Part shown: positions 8,145-17,596 of the stretch, piece by piece | How positions within the stretch are numbered: position 1 is the stretch's first letter | How the letters are laid out: every line of letters starts with the position of its first letter | From: Phreatobacter sp. | GTDB taxonomy: Bacteria > Pseudomonadota > Alphaproteobacteria > Rhizobiales > Phreatobacteraceae | Length of the DNA stretch: 64,000 bases | Direction of reading: 5' to 3' | NCBI RefSeq assembly: GCF_022843985.1 | Contig: NZ_JALHMP010000012.1 | Location: forward strand, 35,471 to 99,470 | Made by a program: the position numbers and the translations under genes | The notes under the pieces: model-generated | The model's input: the letters and a program-made list of their open reading frames with translations, nothing else | What the model was told of the DNA's origin: nothing | Database searches by the model: none

Positions 8145-9398
8145 ATGGCTCTGGTGGCAGGCGAGGCGCGCAAGGCGACCCATCGCAATATCGGACGGGC
8201 CGTCGCCCGCCACAGCCCGCTGTCGCCGGCGGGGCTGCAAGAGCAGCTCTTCACGCTGATGTTCTCCGGTCTCGTCTATCCGCAGATCTGGGAGGATCCG
8301 GCGATTGACATGGAGGCGCTGGCGCTCCGCCCGACCGACCATCTGGTCGCCATTGCCTCGGGCGGCTGCAACATCCTCAGCTATCTCGTTGCCGGACCGG
8401 CGCGCATCACCGCCCTCGACCTCAACGAAAACCACGTGGCGCTGAACCGGCTCAAGCTGGCGGCGGCCCGTCACCTGCCGGATCATGCCAGCTTCTTCCG
8501 CTTCTTCGGCGAGGCCGACAGCGGTGACAATGTCACCGCCTATAAGCGCCACCTGCGCGACCGCCTCGATCCCATGACGCGCGCCTACTGGGACCGCCGC
8601 GACTGGGCCGGCCGCCGCCGCATCAGGCAGTTTTCCGACAACATCTATCGCAAGGGTCTGCTCGGCTGGATGATCGGCACCGGCCACGCCGTCGCCCGGC
8701 TGCACGGCCGCGATCCGCGCCGCATGCTGGAGGCCCGGTCGCTGGCCGAGCAGCGCGCCATCTTCGACAGCGAGCTGAAGCCGCTGTTCTCGTCGCGGCT
8801 GGTGCGCTGGCTAGTGAAGAATCCGGCCTCGCTCTACGGGCTCGGCATTCCGCCGGCCCAGTACAAGGCGCTGCTCACCTCGGCCAAGGCCGGCGGCGGC
8901 ATGGAGGAGGTGCTGGTGGCCCGCCTCGAGCGCCTCGCCTGCGGCTTTCCGCTGGAGAGCAACTATTTCGCCTGGCAGGCCTTCGGACGCCGCTACCAGC
9001 CGGGCGCGGCGGGGGCCGTGCCGCCCTATCTCGCTGCCGCCCACTTCGACGCGGTGAGGGCCCATGCCGATCGCGTCGAGGTCTGCCACGAGAATTTCAT
9101 CGACCACCTCGAACGGCTGCCCGACGCTTCGCGCGACGCCTATGTCCTGCTCGATGCGCAGGACTGGATGACGGACGTGGTGCTGAACCGGCTGTGGCGC
9201 GCGATCCTGCGCACGGCGCGGCCCGGCGCGCGCGTCATCTTCCGAACGGCAGCCGAGGACAGCCTGTTGCCCGGCCGCGTGGCACCGGACATCCTCGCCC
9301 GCTTCACCTATGACGCGGCGCGCTGCCGGGCCTGGACCGACCGCGACCGGTCGTCGATCTATGGCGGTTTCCACCTCTACAGGCTGGCGGCGTCGTGA
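8145..9398 (+). CDS. btaA: DUF3419 / SAM:diacylglycerol 3-amino-3-carboxypropyl transferase
   Basis: LVYPQIWEDP..D..AL, IASGGCNILSYL, NYFAWQAFGRRY, LLDAQDWM, DRSSIYGGFHLY; paired with a methyltransferase. Confidence 0.9.
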   Translation: MALVAGEARKATHRNIGRAVARHSPLSPAGLQEQLFTLMFSGLVYPQIWEDPAIDMEALALRPTDHLVAIASGGCNILSYLVAGPARITALDLNENHVALNRLKLAAARHLPDHASFFRFFGEADSGDNVTAYKRHLRDRLDPMTRAYWDRRDWAGRRRIRQFSDNIYRKGLLGWMIGTGHAVARLHGRDPRRMLEARSLAEQRAIFDSELKPLFSSRLVRWLVKNPASLYGLGIPPAQYKALLTSAKAGGGMEEVLVARLERLACGFPLESNYFAWQAFGRRYQPGAAGAVPPYLAAAHFDAVRAHADRVEVCHENFIDHLERLPDASRDAYVLLDAQDWMTDVVLNRLWRAILRTARPGARVIFRTAAEDSLLPGRVAPDILARFTYDAARCRAWTDRDRSSIYGGFHLYRLAAS

Positions 9399-10066
9399 CG
9401 GCGCCGACGGATGTCTTTCCCGCCTCCGAGCGGATGGATGCGATCTATCGCTGGCAGGTCGGCATCTACGACGCGACGCGGAAATTCTACCTGATCGGCC
9501 GCGATCCGTTGATCGCAGACCTCGCGCCGCCGGTCGGCGGTACGGTGCTGGAAGTGGGCTGTGGCACCGGGCGCAACCTCATCGTCGCCGCACGGCGCTA
9601 TCCGCAGGCCCGGTTCTGCGGCTTCGACGTCAGCCCGGTCATGCTGACCGAGGCGCGCCGTGCCGTGGCACGCGCCGGGCTCGCCGGGCGCATCCGTCTC
9701 GCGCAGGCCGATGCCGCGCGGTTCGATCCGCTGACCACTTTCGCCTGCGAGGGCTTCGACCGGGTGTTCTGCTCCTACACGCTGTCGATGATCCCACCGT
9801 GGCAGGAGGCGCTCGATCGGGCGCTGGCCGCTGTGCTGCCGGGGGGGGCCCTCCATGTCGTCGACTTCGGCGACCAGGAGCATCTCCCATCGGTCTTCCG
9901 CGCGGGGTTGCGGGCCTGGCTGGCCCAGTTCCATGTCACGCCGCGGGACGATTTCGCGCCGGTGCTTGCGGACCTCGCAGCGGCGCGCGGCCTTTCGGCA
10001 CAGGTGGACCGTCCCTATCGCGGTTACGCCGTCCGCGCGATCGCCGCCCGCCGGCCCCTTGCTTGA
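9395..10066 (+). CDS. btaB: SAM-dependent methyltransferase of DGTS betaine-lipid synthesis
   Basis: IYDATRKFYLIGRD, VLEVGCGTGRNL, SYTLSMIPPW, VVDFG; GTGA overlap with btaA. Confidence 0.87.
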   Translation: MTAPTDVFPASERMDAIYRWQVGIYDATRKFYLIGRDPLIADLAPPVGGTVLEVGCGTGRNLIVAARRYPQARFCGFDVSPVMLTEARRAVARAGLAGRIRLAQADAARFDPLTTFACEGFDRVFCSYTLSMIPPWQEALDRALAAVLPGGALHVVDFGDQEHLPSVFRAGLRAWLAQFHVTPRDDFAPVLADLAAARGLSAQVDRPYRGYAVRAIAARRPLA

Positions 10067-10101
10067 CCCCGTCGGCGGGCGGGGTCTATGACCCCCGCCA
10101 T

Positions 10102-11205
10102 ATGACCCAGGCCCTCCAGACCGCCGGCGCCCCCGAACTGACGGTGGTTGTGCCCAGCTACAACGAACGCGACAACGTGCCGGAACTGGCGCGCCGGCTC
10201 GACCATGTGCTGGCCGGCATCGCCTGGGAGATGATCGTCGTCGACGACGACAGCCCGGACGGTACCGCCGCTGTGGTCAAGGAGATCGCCCGGCGCGACC
10301 CCCGCGTGCGCTGTATCCGGAGGGTCGGACGGCGCGGGCTTGCGGGCGCCTGCATCGAGGGCATGCTCGCCTCCTCCGCGCCGGTCGTCGCCGTCATGGA
10401 CGGCGACCTGCAGCACGACGAGACCATCCTGCCGGCCATGCTCGACCAGATCCGGGCCGGGCGCGACCTCGTCGTCGCCAGCCGCAACATTGCCGGCGGC
10501 TCCAAGACGGAGGGGCTCTCGCCCATCCGCCAGGGGATTTCCGACCTCGGCCGACGCCTGTCGGCGATGATCCTCAAGGCGCCGCTGACCGACCCGATGT
10601 CCGGTTTCTTCATGATCCGCCGCGACATCGTCGAGGAGGTGGCGCCGCGCCTCTCCACCACCGGCTTCAAGATCCTCGCCGACATCGCGGCCTCGGTGCC
10701 CCGGGCGCCGAGCCTCGCCGAGGTCCCCTTCATCTTCCGCGAGCGCGTCCATGGCGAGAGCAAGCTCGACGCCAAGGTGGCGCTCGACTATGTCGGCTTC
10801 GTCCTCAACAAGCTGTCCGGCGGGTTCATTCCGCTGCGATTCATCTTCTTCGCCCTGGTCGGGGCCAGCGGCCTCGTCGTCCATCTGGCAGCACTTTATG
10901 CAGGCCTGACGTTCGGCCTGCGCTTCGAGTGGGCGCAGACGCTGGCGACGGTCGTCGCCATGACGTCGAACTTCGTCATCAACAATGAAATCACCTATCG
11001 CGACGCCCGACTGAAGGGCGCCAGCTTCCTGACCGGCCTGATGCTGTTCTATCTGGTCTGCAGCATCGGTGCCTTCGGCAATGTCGGCGTTGCCAGCTGG
11101 CTCTATGCCGGCGATGTCGACTGGTGGCTCTCGGGCCTCGCCGGGGCCGTCATGGGAGCCGTGTTCAACTATGCCGCCTCGGCCACCCTCGTCTGGCGCC
11201 GCTGA
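10102..11205 (+). CDS. GT2 polyprenol-phosphate glycosyltransferase fused to a GtrA-like domain
   Basis: VVVPSYNERDN, VVDDDSPDGT, MDGDLQHD, DPMSGFF, GFKIL, GESKL; hydrophobic GtrA-like C-terminus (RFIFFALVG...NFVINNEITY). Confidence 0.9.
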   Translation: MTQALQTAGAPELTVVVPSYNERDNVPELARRLDHVLAGIAWEMIVVDDDSPDGTAAVVKEIARRDPRVRCIRRVGRRGLAGACIEGMLASSAPVVAVMDGDLQHDETILPAMLDQIRAGRDLVVASRNIAGGSKTEGLSPIRQGISDLGRRLSAMILKAPLTDPMSGFFMIRRDIVEEVAPRLSTTGFKILADIAASVPRAPSLAEVPFIFRERVHGESKLDAKVALDYVGFVLNKLSGGFIPLRFIFFALVGASGLVVHLAALYAGLTFGLRFEWAQTLATVVAMTSNFVINNEITYRDARLKGASFLTGLMLFYLVCSIGAFGNVGVASWLYAGDVDWWLSGLAGAVMGAVFNYAASATLVWRR

Positions 11206-11206
11206 C

Positions 11207-12736
11207 ATGGCACCGGCCTTGCGCCCGGTCTGGGCCGGGAGCGCCGGTGCCGTCCTGGTTCTGGTCTGCGTCCTGACGGCGGTGCGGCTCTGGGCGGCCG
11301 GGTCCCTCGGCCTCGCCGCCGACGAAGCCTATTACCACCTGTGGTCGCAGAATCTCGCCCTCGGCTATTTTGACCACCCGCCGATGGTGGCACTGCTGAT
11401 CCGTGCCTCCACGGCGGTTTTCGGCGACACGGAATTCGGCATCCGCTGGCTCTCTGTGCTGCTGGCGGCGGCGGCGAGCCTCGGCGTCTGGCGTCTCGTC
11501 TGGCGCCTGACCGATGATCGGGCCGCGGCGATCGCCGGGGCGGGGATGGTGCAGGCGACGCTGTTCCTCGGCGCCGGCGCCATGCTGGTGACACCGGATA
11601 CGCCGCTCGTGCTGTTCTGGACGCTGGCGCTGCTCGCCCTGGTCGAGGTCTGGCGCACCGGCCGGGGTGTCTGGTGGCTGGCGGCGGGCCTTGCCGTCGG
11701 TCTTGCCTTCATCTCCAAATATACCGCCGTCTTCCTCGGCTTGGCCATCCTGCTCTGGATCGTGCTGGTGCCGGAGCTTCGCCGTTGGCTGCGCTCGCCC
11801 TGGCCCTATGCGGGCGGCATCCTCTGCCTCGCGGTCATGGCGCCGGTGCTGTGGTGGAACCTCGCCCATGGCGGCGCCTCCCTCACCAAGCAGTTCGGAC
11901 GCGCCGTTCCGAAGGCCTTCGACCCGCGCTTCGTGCCCGAATTCATGGCCGGGCAGGCGGCGCTGCTGACGCCGCTGATCGGGATCCTGGTGCTCTGGGG
12001 CCTGTGGGTGGTTGGCCGCCGCGCTCTCGACCAGCGCGAGCCGGGCGCCGTGCTGCTGACCGTGTCGGTCCTGCCGCTGCTCGCCTATCTCGTCTGGTAC
12101 GGCCTGTTCGACCGCGTCCAGGGCAACTGGACCGCCTGTCTTCTGCCGGCTTCCATCGCCGCCGCCGTGATCGGCGCAAAGGCCCTGCCGGCCGCTGCCC
12201 CCCGCGCCGCCGCAGTGCTGCGGGCGGGCCTGCGCTGGTCGGTGGTCAGCGGGGTGGTGCTTGGACTCCTGGTCATCGGCCATGCGGGTTTCCGGCTGGC
12301 GCCGCTGGCCATCGATCCGACCGGCCAGTTGCATGGCTGGCGGGCCGCTGCGGAGGCTGTCGAGGCGACGGCCATGCGGGCCGGGGCGGGCACGATCGGC
12401 ACGGCGAGCTACACGACGACGGCGCATCTGCGCTTCTACGGCACCGGTCGGCTGCCGGTGGTCCAGCTCGGCGAAAGGCTGCGCTATGCCATGGAAACGG
12501 CGCCCGATCCCGCGGCCATCGCCGCGCGGCCGGTACTGGTGGTGGTGGAGAGCCGCCGCGTGGCGGAAGTCAGCGCGCGGCTCGGGCAGTTCTACCGGGT
12601 GGTGGATCCGGCCGGGACGGTCGACCGGCTGTGGCGGCCGCGATTCGGGCTGACGGACCGGATGGACCAACTGGTGCTCTTCGTCGCCCGTGATCCGCTT
12701 CAGCCCGGCCTGCCCGATCTCACCGCGCCTCAGTAG
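11207..12736 (+). CDS. GT39/ArnT-PMT-like membrane glycosyltransferase
   Basis: DEAYYHLWSQNLALGYFDHPPMVA, TPDTPL, SKYTA; many TM segments. Confidence 0.88.
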   Translation: MAPALRPVWAGSAGAVLVLVCVLTAVRLWAAGSLGLAADEAYYHLWSQNLALGYFDHPPMVALLIRASTAVFGDTEFGIRWLSVLLAAAASLGVWRLVWRLTDDRAAAIAGAGMVQATLFLGAGAMLVTPDTPLVLFWTLALLALVEVWRTGRGVWWLAAGLAVGLAFISKYTAVFLGLAILLWIVLVPELRRWLRSPWPYAGGILCLAVMAPVLWWNLAHGGASLTKQFGRAVPKAFDPRFVPEFMAGQAALLTPLIGILVLWGLWVVGRRALDQREPGAVLLTVSVLPLLAYLVWYGLFDRVQGNWTACLLPASIAAAVIGAKALPAAAPRAAAVLRAGLRWSVVSGVVLGLLVIGHAGFRLAPLAIDPTGQLHGWRAAAEAVEATAMRAGAGTIGTASYTTTAHLRFYGTGRLPVVQLGERLRYAMETAPDPAAIAARPVLVVVESRRVAEVSARLGQFYRVVDPAGTVDRLWRPRFGLTDRMDQLVLFVARDPLQPGLPDLTAPQ

Positions 12737-13440
12737 CGCCGCCACAGGGACAGGCCGGCATAGGCACCGGAACGGCCACCGCGATCCTGTGCGAAGCCCG
12801 CCGACAGGCGCAGCCCCAAGGGGCCGATTGTGATTCCGGTCGCATGTACGCCGAGCCGTGTGCGCAGCGTGCCGTGATGGGTGCTGAACGTCGCTTCAGG
12901 CCCGATATGGACGCCGCGGCCGATGTCATAGCCGGGCGCGATGCGCAGGCTCGCCGCGGCGAAGGGAGTCGCATAGGTGGCGTAGAGCTGGACGGCCACA
13001 CGCTCCAATGGGGTAAGCCAGGCATCGAGCGTTAGGACCGGGCCGATGCGCGTGCCCAGATGGGGGTCGGGGAGGGCGGGCGACAGGCGCCGCGTCTCCA
13101 GGGCCAGGCCGGCGAAGAGGGTTGCCGAGCCCCAGCGGCCCTGTTCGCGCCAGCCGGCCACGAGCCGGGCGGTGGTCGTTGTCTCCAGGACCCGATCCGG
13201 CAGAAGGGGATCGATACGGAACCGCGAGATCCCCGTGCCGGCGGTGATGCGCAGGGCGAGGCCGCGGCCCTCGCCGTGCCGACCGGCCAGCGCATCGAGG
13301 CCTGAGGAGAGGTGAAACCCGTCGAAGGCGCCATCGAGGCCGAGGAAACTCGTGAAACGAGGCCCGGCGGGCGTGTCGGCGAGGGCCACGCCCGGCAACC
13401 ATGCGACGGCAATGGTCCCCCATGCTCTCCATGCGCGCAT
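12730..13440 (-). CDS. BcsS-like exported (probable beta-barrel) protein
   Basis: Signal peptide, alternating beta-strand pattern, IGPEA motif, C-terminal aromatic Y. The resemblance to the cellulose-biosynthesis BcsS family is recalled, not searched. Confidence 0.6.
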   Translation of the reverse strand: MRAWRAWGTIAVAWLPGVALADTPAGPRFTSFLGLDGAFDGFHLSSGLDALAGRHGEGRGLALRITAGTGISRFRIDPLLPDRVLETTTTARLVAGWREQGRWGSATLFAGLALETRRLSPALPDPHLGTRIGPVLTLDAWLTPLERVAVQLYATYATPFAAASLRIAPGYDIGRGVHIGPEATFSTHHGTLRTRLGVHATGITIGPLGLRLSAGFAQDRGGRSGAYAGLSLWRRY

Positions 13441-13524
13441 GGGTCATTCGCTCACGGAACCTCGCCGCTGGCCATATGGGACATCACCGGATGGGAGGGC
13501 GGGCGCCACGACGCCAGCCCACCG

Positions 13525-13540
13525 TTAATGAACCGCTAAC
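13525..13540 (+). promoter_or_regulatory. CtrA-box-like site between divergent bcsS-like gene and usg
   Basis: TTAA-tgaaccg-CTAAC. Confidence 0.6.
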
Positions 13541-13629
13541 CAAGTTGGTCGCTCAATCGTGACGGCCCGCCGTGTCGCCGGTCGGCCAGCAAGACCCAGT
13601 GCATCGTCGCAGCTTCGCCGGAGGCCGTC

Positions 13630-13932
13630 ATGCCAGCGCCGTCCCCTTCCGTTCCGTCCCGCCGGATCGACGCCGATTTCGTCCGGCTGATCGAAGGCTA
13701 TTCCCTCACCACTGCCGAGATCCTCTACCGGATGCCCGACCATCCGCTGCTGCTGCAGACCTATCTCTGGCAGGACTACGATCAGGCGCCCTATTTCCCG
13801 GTGCTGAAGAGATTCCTCGCGTTCTGGGAGAAAAGCCTTGACGGACGACTTCATGCCGTCACCGTCGTGTCGTCCCGGCTGGTGCGGCCGCGCGAACTGC
13901 GCATGGCCCAGAGCCTGTCCTATCTCCACTGA
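13630..13932 (+). CDS. usg: Usg-like family protein
   Basis: GYSLTTAEILYRMPDHPLLLQTYLWQDYD.AP.FP.L..FL.FW...LDG.LH.V; GGAGG RBS. Confidence 0.9.
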   Translation: MPAPSPSVPSRRIDADFVRLIEGYSLTTAEILYRMPDHPLLLQTYLWQDYDQAPYFPVLKRFLAFWEKSLDGRLHAVTVVSSRLVRPRELRMAQSLSYLH

Positions 13933-14077
13933 TCCGTGCCGATCGTCGCTGGTCGCCCGGCGAGCGTCGCTTGGCAGTGGCGGCGCAGCGCGGAGCGACG
14001 TATGGATAGCGCCCTTTTGCTCGCCGGATCCGCTCGTGCCCACCCCTGAGAAGACAACGCAGATCATTGCCGCGCTG

Positions 14078-14656
14078 ATGTCATCCAAGCCATCGAGCGA
14101 TCCCGAGGTTTTCGGGAGCCTGACGGTTGGTGATCTGTTGGCGTCGCTGCGCTCGCGCGCTTTCGGCCTGTCGCTGATCCTCTTCGGGCTGCCCAATCTC
14201 CTGCCCATTCCCGGCCTGCCGATTCTTACGGGTATCGTGCTGGTCATGCTTGCCTGGCAGATCCTCGTGGGACGGGAAGTGCCGTGGCTGCCCGACCGCA
14301 TCGCCGGCACGGCGCTGCCGCGTGCCCGCCTGACCCAGGTCGTCAACCGCACGCTGCCGCTGTTGCGGCGTCTCGAAACCATGTCCCGGCCGCGGCTGGC
14401 GCTGGCGGCGGGGCCCACTGCGCGTCGCCTCGTCGGATTGGCTGTGCTGGTCCTCGCGGTGCTGCTGGTCATCGTGCCGATTCCCTGGATCGGGTCGATG
14501 CCGCAGGGGCTCGCGCTCTGCGTGCTCGGTCTCGGCCTGACCGAGCGTGACGGTTTGCTGGTTGTTGCCGGCTTTGTCCTCGCCGCGATCGCCACGGCGG
14601 TGAGCGCTGGAATCGGCTACACGATCATGGCAAGTGCACTGTCCATCCTGTTCTGA
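14078..14656 (+). CDS. exoD: ExoD family membrane protein (copy 1; start may be GTG 14036)
   Basis: RAFGLSLILFGLPNLLPIPG, WQILVGREVPWLP, LGLTERDGLL. Confidence 0.85.
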   Translation: MSSKPSSDPEVFGSLTVGDLLASLRSRAFGLSLILFGLPNLLPIPGLPILTGIVLVMLAWQILVGREVPWLPDRIAGTALPRARLTQVVNRTLPLLRRLETMSRPRLALAAGPTARRLVGLAVLVLAVLLVIVPIPWIGSMPQGLALCVLGLGLTERDGLLVVAGFVLAAIATAVSAGIGYTIMASALSILF

Positions 14657-14689
14657 TGGCGGTCGGTCAACGCAGCGGAGACTCGTCCC

Positions 14690-15319
14690 TTGCAGGAGAA
14701 TTCCGATCCCCCGGTCCACCGGACGTCCGAGATCTTCCTCGCGCTGAAGACGGTCGGCGAGGGTGAACGCATCTCTCTTGACGGGCTGACGCGCGCCCTC
14801 GGCGACCGTGCCTTTGGCCTGCTCGTGCTGATCTTTGCCCTGCCGAACATCATTCCGATGATTCCGGGCGTCTCCACCGTGTCCGGCATCGTCATCGGCA
14901 TTGTGGGCCTGCAGATGATGATCGGCCGGCATGCGCCCTGGCTGCCTGCCGCCATCGGCGAGAAATCGATTCCGCGGGCCCAACTCGCGGCCATGGTCGA
15001 CCGCACCATCGGCTGGGTGGCGAAAGTCGAGCGGGTGGCGCGTCCACGCTGGAGTTTCATGACACGCGGGCCGATGCACGTCATCCTTGGCGCCATGTTC
15101 GTGCTGCTCGGGGCCATCCTGGCCCTGCCGCTGTCCTGGGTCGGCAATTTCCCCCCTGGCGTGGCGCTGGTGGTTCTGTCGATCGGACTGCTCGAGGACG
15201 ACGGCATGCTCGTCGCCGCCGGTCACGCCATCGGCATCGTCGCGACCGCCCTGGTCCTCGCCCTGGTGGTGGCGCTGGTGGCGGCGGCGATCACGAGTTT
15301 CGGCTGGCTGACCGCCTGA
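14690..15319 (+). CDS. exoD: ExoD family membrane protein (copy 2)
   Basis: LGDRAFGLLVLIFALPNIIP, QMMIGRHAPWLP, GNFPPG, GLLEDDGML. Confidence 0.88.
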   Translation: MQENSDPPVHRTSEIFLALKTVGEGERISLDGLTRALGDRAFGLLVLIFALPNIIPMIPGVSTVSGIVIGIVGLQMMIGRHAPWLPAAIGEKSIPRAQLAAMVDRTIGWVAKVERVARPRWSFMTRGPMHVILGAMFVLLGAILALPLSWVGNFPPGVALVVLSIGLLEDDGMLVAAGHAIGIVATALVLALVVALVAAAITSFGWLTA

Positions 15320-15380
15320 TCCGGCTTCACTTGGGCGGCCACGGACAGTATGGTCCGCCCAGATCTGACGAGGACCTGAC

Positions 15381-15629
15381 ATGGCCGATCTCATCGTGCC
15401 CCATTTCGCCAATGACGACGGCGTCGCCGTCATCCATATCGGCGTGAAGGAATTCCAGTGCATGGGCGCGCGCGCGCCCTTCGACCATCCGCATGTCTTC
15501 CTCGACATGGGCAGCGATACCGAGATCGTCTGCCCCTATTGCTCGACCCTCTATAAGTATGACGCCGCGCTGCATGCCGACGAGACCCGCCCGGCCGGCG
15601 CCTATGTGAAGACCCTGGCCGAGGCCTGA
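15381..15629 (+). CDS. zf-CHCC zinc-finger domain protein
   Basis: FQCMGA..PFDHPHVFLDMG....IVCPYCSTLY; GAGGA RBS. Confidence 0.9.
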   Translation: MADLIVPHFANDDGVAVIHIGVKEFQCMGARAPFDHPHVFLDMGSDTEIVCPYCSTLYKYDAALHADETRPAGAYVKTLAEA

Positions 15630-15636
15630 TCGGCGC

Positions 15637-16812
15637 GTGCCCGCGGCGCGCCATGTCACCATTGCCGGTGCCGGTATCGGCGGCCTGACCTTGGCCCTGT
15701 GCCTTGCCAGGGCGGGGGTCACATCGACCGTCCTGGAGCGCAGCCCGGCGCTGGAAGAGGTCGGTGCCGGCATCCAGCTCTCCCCCAATGCCAGCCGGAT
15801 CATGATCGCACTCGGTCTCGCCGAGGCGCTGGCGCCGGTCATCGTCGCGCCCGCGGGCATGGACGTCAGGTCGGGATCCTCCGGCGCGCTTCTCGCTGCC
15901 GCGACGCTGGGCGGGACGGCGGCGCAGCGCTGGGGCTCACCCTGGTGGGTCGTCCACCGTGCCGACCTTCTCGCCGCTCTCGCCGCGGCCGCCGCTCTGG
16001 AACCGGCCATCATGATCGAGACCGGCACTGCCGTCGCCACCGTCATGGCGGCCGGGGCTGGGTTCGACCTCACCCTCGAAGGAGGAGAACACCGCCGTGT
16101 CGCCGTGCTTGTCGGCGCCGACGGCATCCGCTCGGCGGTGCGGCACGGGCTCGGTGATCCCACCCCGCCGATCTTCCGGCACCGCAGCGCCTTTCGGGCC
16201 ACCCTGCCGATGGTGGCGGTGCCCGCGGCGCTGCGCGGTGACCGGCTCGGGCTCTGGCTGGGTCCCGATGCCCATCTCGTCCATTACCCGCTGCGCGGCG
16301 GCAGCCTGTTCAACGTCGTGGCGATCATCGGCGACCCCGCCCCGGTTGCCGGCTGGCGGGCGCCGGGCGACGCCTCGGTCCTCGCGCAACGCCTCTCCGG
16401 CTGGGATGCGGCGCCGCGCCAGCTGATCGCTGCGGTCGAAGTCTGGCAGCGCTGGTCCCTCGCCGACCGTCCGGTCTGGTTTGGCCCGGGGCAGGGATCG
16501 GCGACGCTGATCGGGGATGCGGCCCATGCCATGCTGCCCTTCGTGGCCCAGGGCGGTGCCATGGCGATCGAGGATGCCGCGGTACTGGCTGCCTGCTGCG
16601 CGGCCGGGCCGGATGACCTTGCCGGTGCCTTCCGCGCCTATGAGGAGGCGCGCCGGGCGCGCGTCGCGCGCGTCCAGTCGCTCGCCCGCCGCAACGGTGT
16701 CATCTATCACCTCAAGGGGCCCGCAGCCTTCGCCCGCGACGCCGCCATCCGCCTGCTCGGCGGGCGCGGGCTGCTGGCACAGCAGGACTGGATCTACGCC
16801 CACCGGGCCTGA
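15637..16812 (+). CDS. FAD-dependent monooxygenase (salicylate hydroxylase-like, class A)
   Basis: GAGIGG, EVGAGIQLSPNA, GADGIRS, LIGDAAHAMLPFVAQGGAMAIEDA. Confidence 0.9.
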   Translation: MPAARHVTIAGAGIGGLTLALCLARAGVTSTVLERSPALEEVGAGIQLSPNASRIMIALGLAEALAPVIVAPAGMDVRSGSSGALLAAATLGGTAAQRWGSPWWVVHRADLLAALAAAAALEPAIMIETGTAVATVMAAGAGFDLTLEGGEHRRVAVLVGADGIRSAVRHGLGDPTPPIFRHRSAFRATLPMVAVPAALRGDRLGLWLGPDAHLVHYPLRGGSLFNVVAIIGDPAPVAGWRAPGDASVLAQRLSGWDAAPRQLIAAVEVWQRWSLADRPVWFGPGQGSATLIGDAAHAMLPFVAQGGAMAIEDAAVLAACCAAGPDDLAGAFRAYEEARRARVARVQSLARRNGVIYHLKGPAAFARDAAIRLLGGRGLLAQQDWIYAHRA

Positions 16813-16816
16813 AGGA

Positions 16817-17356
16817 TCAGCGCCGGGGCGGGGTCTCGGCCTGGTTGGTCGTGCCGGCGAGGTCGCGGATGTTCATCCGCTGGCCGCCGGGCAGCAGAAT
16901 GTCACCGGGCCGCAGGCCGCCGCCGCAGCGCGCCGAGACGAAACGCCCCTGCTGCGTGGTGAGCGTCTGCTGGAACTCCGACTGTCCGATGGTCTGCACC
17001 GTGCCCTCGATGCGCAGCGAATAGGTGGCCCTGAGGTCGCCGGAGACGACGGAGCGCGCCGTGGTCCGCGTCTGGCCGACCTGGCAGTCGCTTTCGATGA
17101 TGAAGTCGTCGCCGTCGCGGCGGATCTCGTAGCGCTGGCATTGCTGGCCGAGCTGGCCGAAGCCGAACTGCACCATCTGCCGCTCGGTGGCGGCATCCGT
17201 GCAGGTCTGGACGGTGAATTCCTGGCCGCCCGGACCGCCGCCGGTCATCATGCGGATCTCCCAGTAGCCGGGCCGGCGCAGCGGCAGCTCGACGCCCTGC
17301 GGCTGTGCGAGGGCTGGGCCGGCGGTGAGGCCGACAAGAAACAGAACCCTCAGCAT
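16817..17356 (-). CDS. DUF3617-family exported protein
   Basis: Signal peptide; LP.RRPGYWEI, C.D, C..., C, GDL...Y, RCGGGLRPGDILLPGGQRMNI. Confidence 0.75.
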   Translation of the reverse strand: MLRVLFLVGLTAGPALAQPQGVELPLRRPGYWEIRMMTGGGPGGQEFTVQTCTDAATERQMVQFGFGQLGQQCQRYEIRRDGDDFIIESDCQVGQTRTTARSVVSGDLRATYSLRIEGTVQTIGQSEFQQTLTTQQGRFVSARCGGGLRPGDILLPGGQRMNIRDLAGTTNQAETPPRR

Positions 17357-17450
17357 GGTGTCTCCGGAACGGGGCGTCGTCAGCGATCATAGGGCAGCGG
17401 TGACGTGGCGACAGTGGCTGATGGGCCACGGTGGCTATCGTATGTCTCGC

Positions 17451-17489
17451 CAACGACAGCCTCTCTTTCAGGCCACGGGGCTGTCGCTG
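17451..17489. terminator. Hairpin just 3' of tRNA-Leu (probable terminator)
   Basis: CAACGACAGCC ... GGCTGTCGCTG inverted repeat. Confidence 0.45.
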
Positions 17490-17501
17490 ATGGGGTGCCA
17501 A

Positions 17502-17586
17502 TGGTGCGGACGGCCGGACTCGAACCGGCACGGGTTGCCCCGCAAGATTTTAAGTCTCGTGCGTCTACCGATTTCGCCACGCCCGC
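17502..17586 (-). tRNA. tRNA-Leu (anticodon TAA)
   Basis: Reverse complement GCGGGCGTGGCGAAATCGGTAGACGCACGAGACTTAAAATCTTGCGGGGCAACCCGTGCCGGTTCGAGTCCGGCCGTCCGCACCA: cloverleaf, long variable arm, TTCGAGT T-loop, encoded CCA. Confidence 0.97.
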
Positions 17587-17596
17587 TCCGGACCGA

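Noticed and set aside
17502-17586. tRNA-Leu as the integration site of a genomic island
   Set aside because: No integrase nearby, and no duplicated tRNA 3' end was seen elsewhere in the window.
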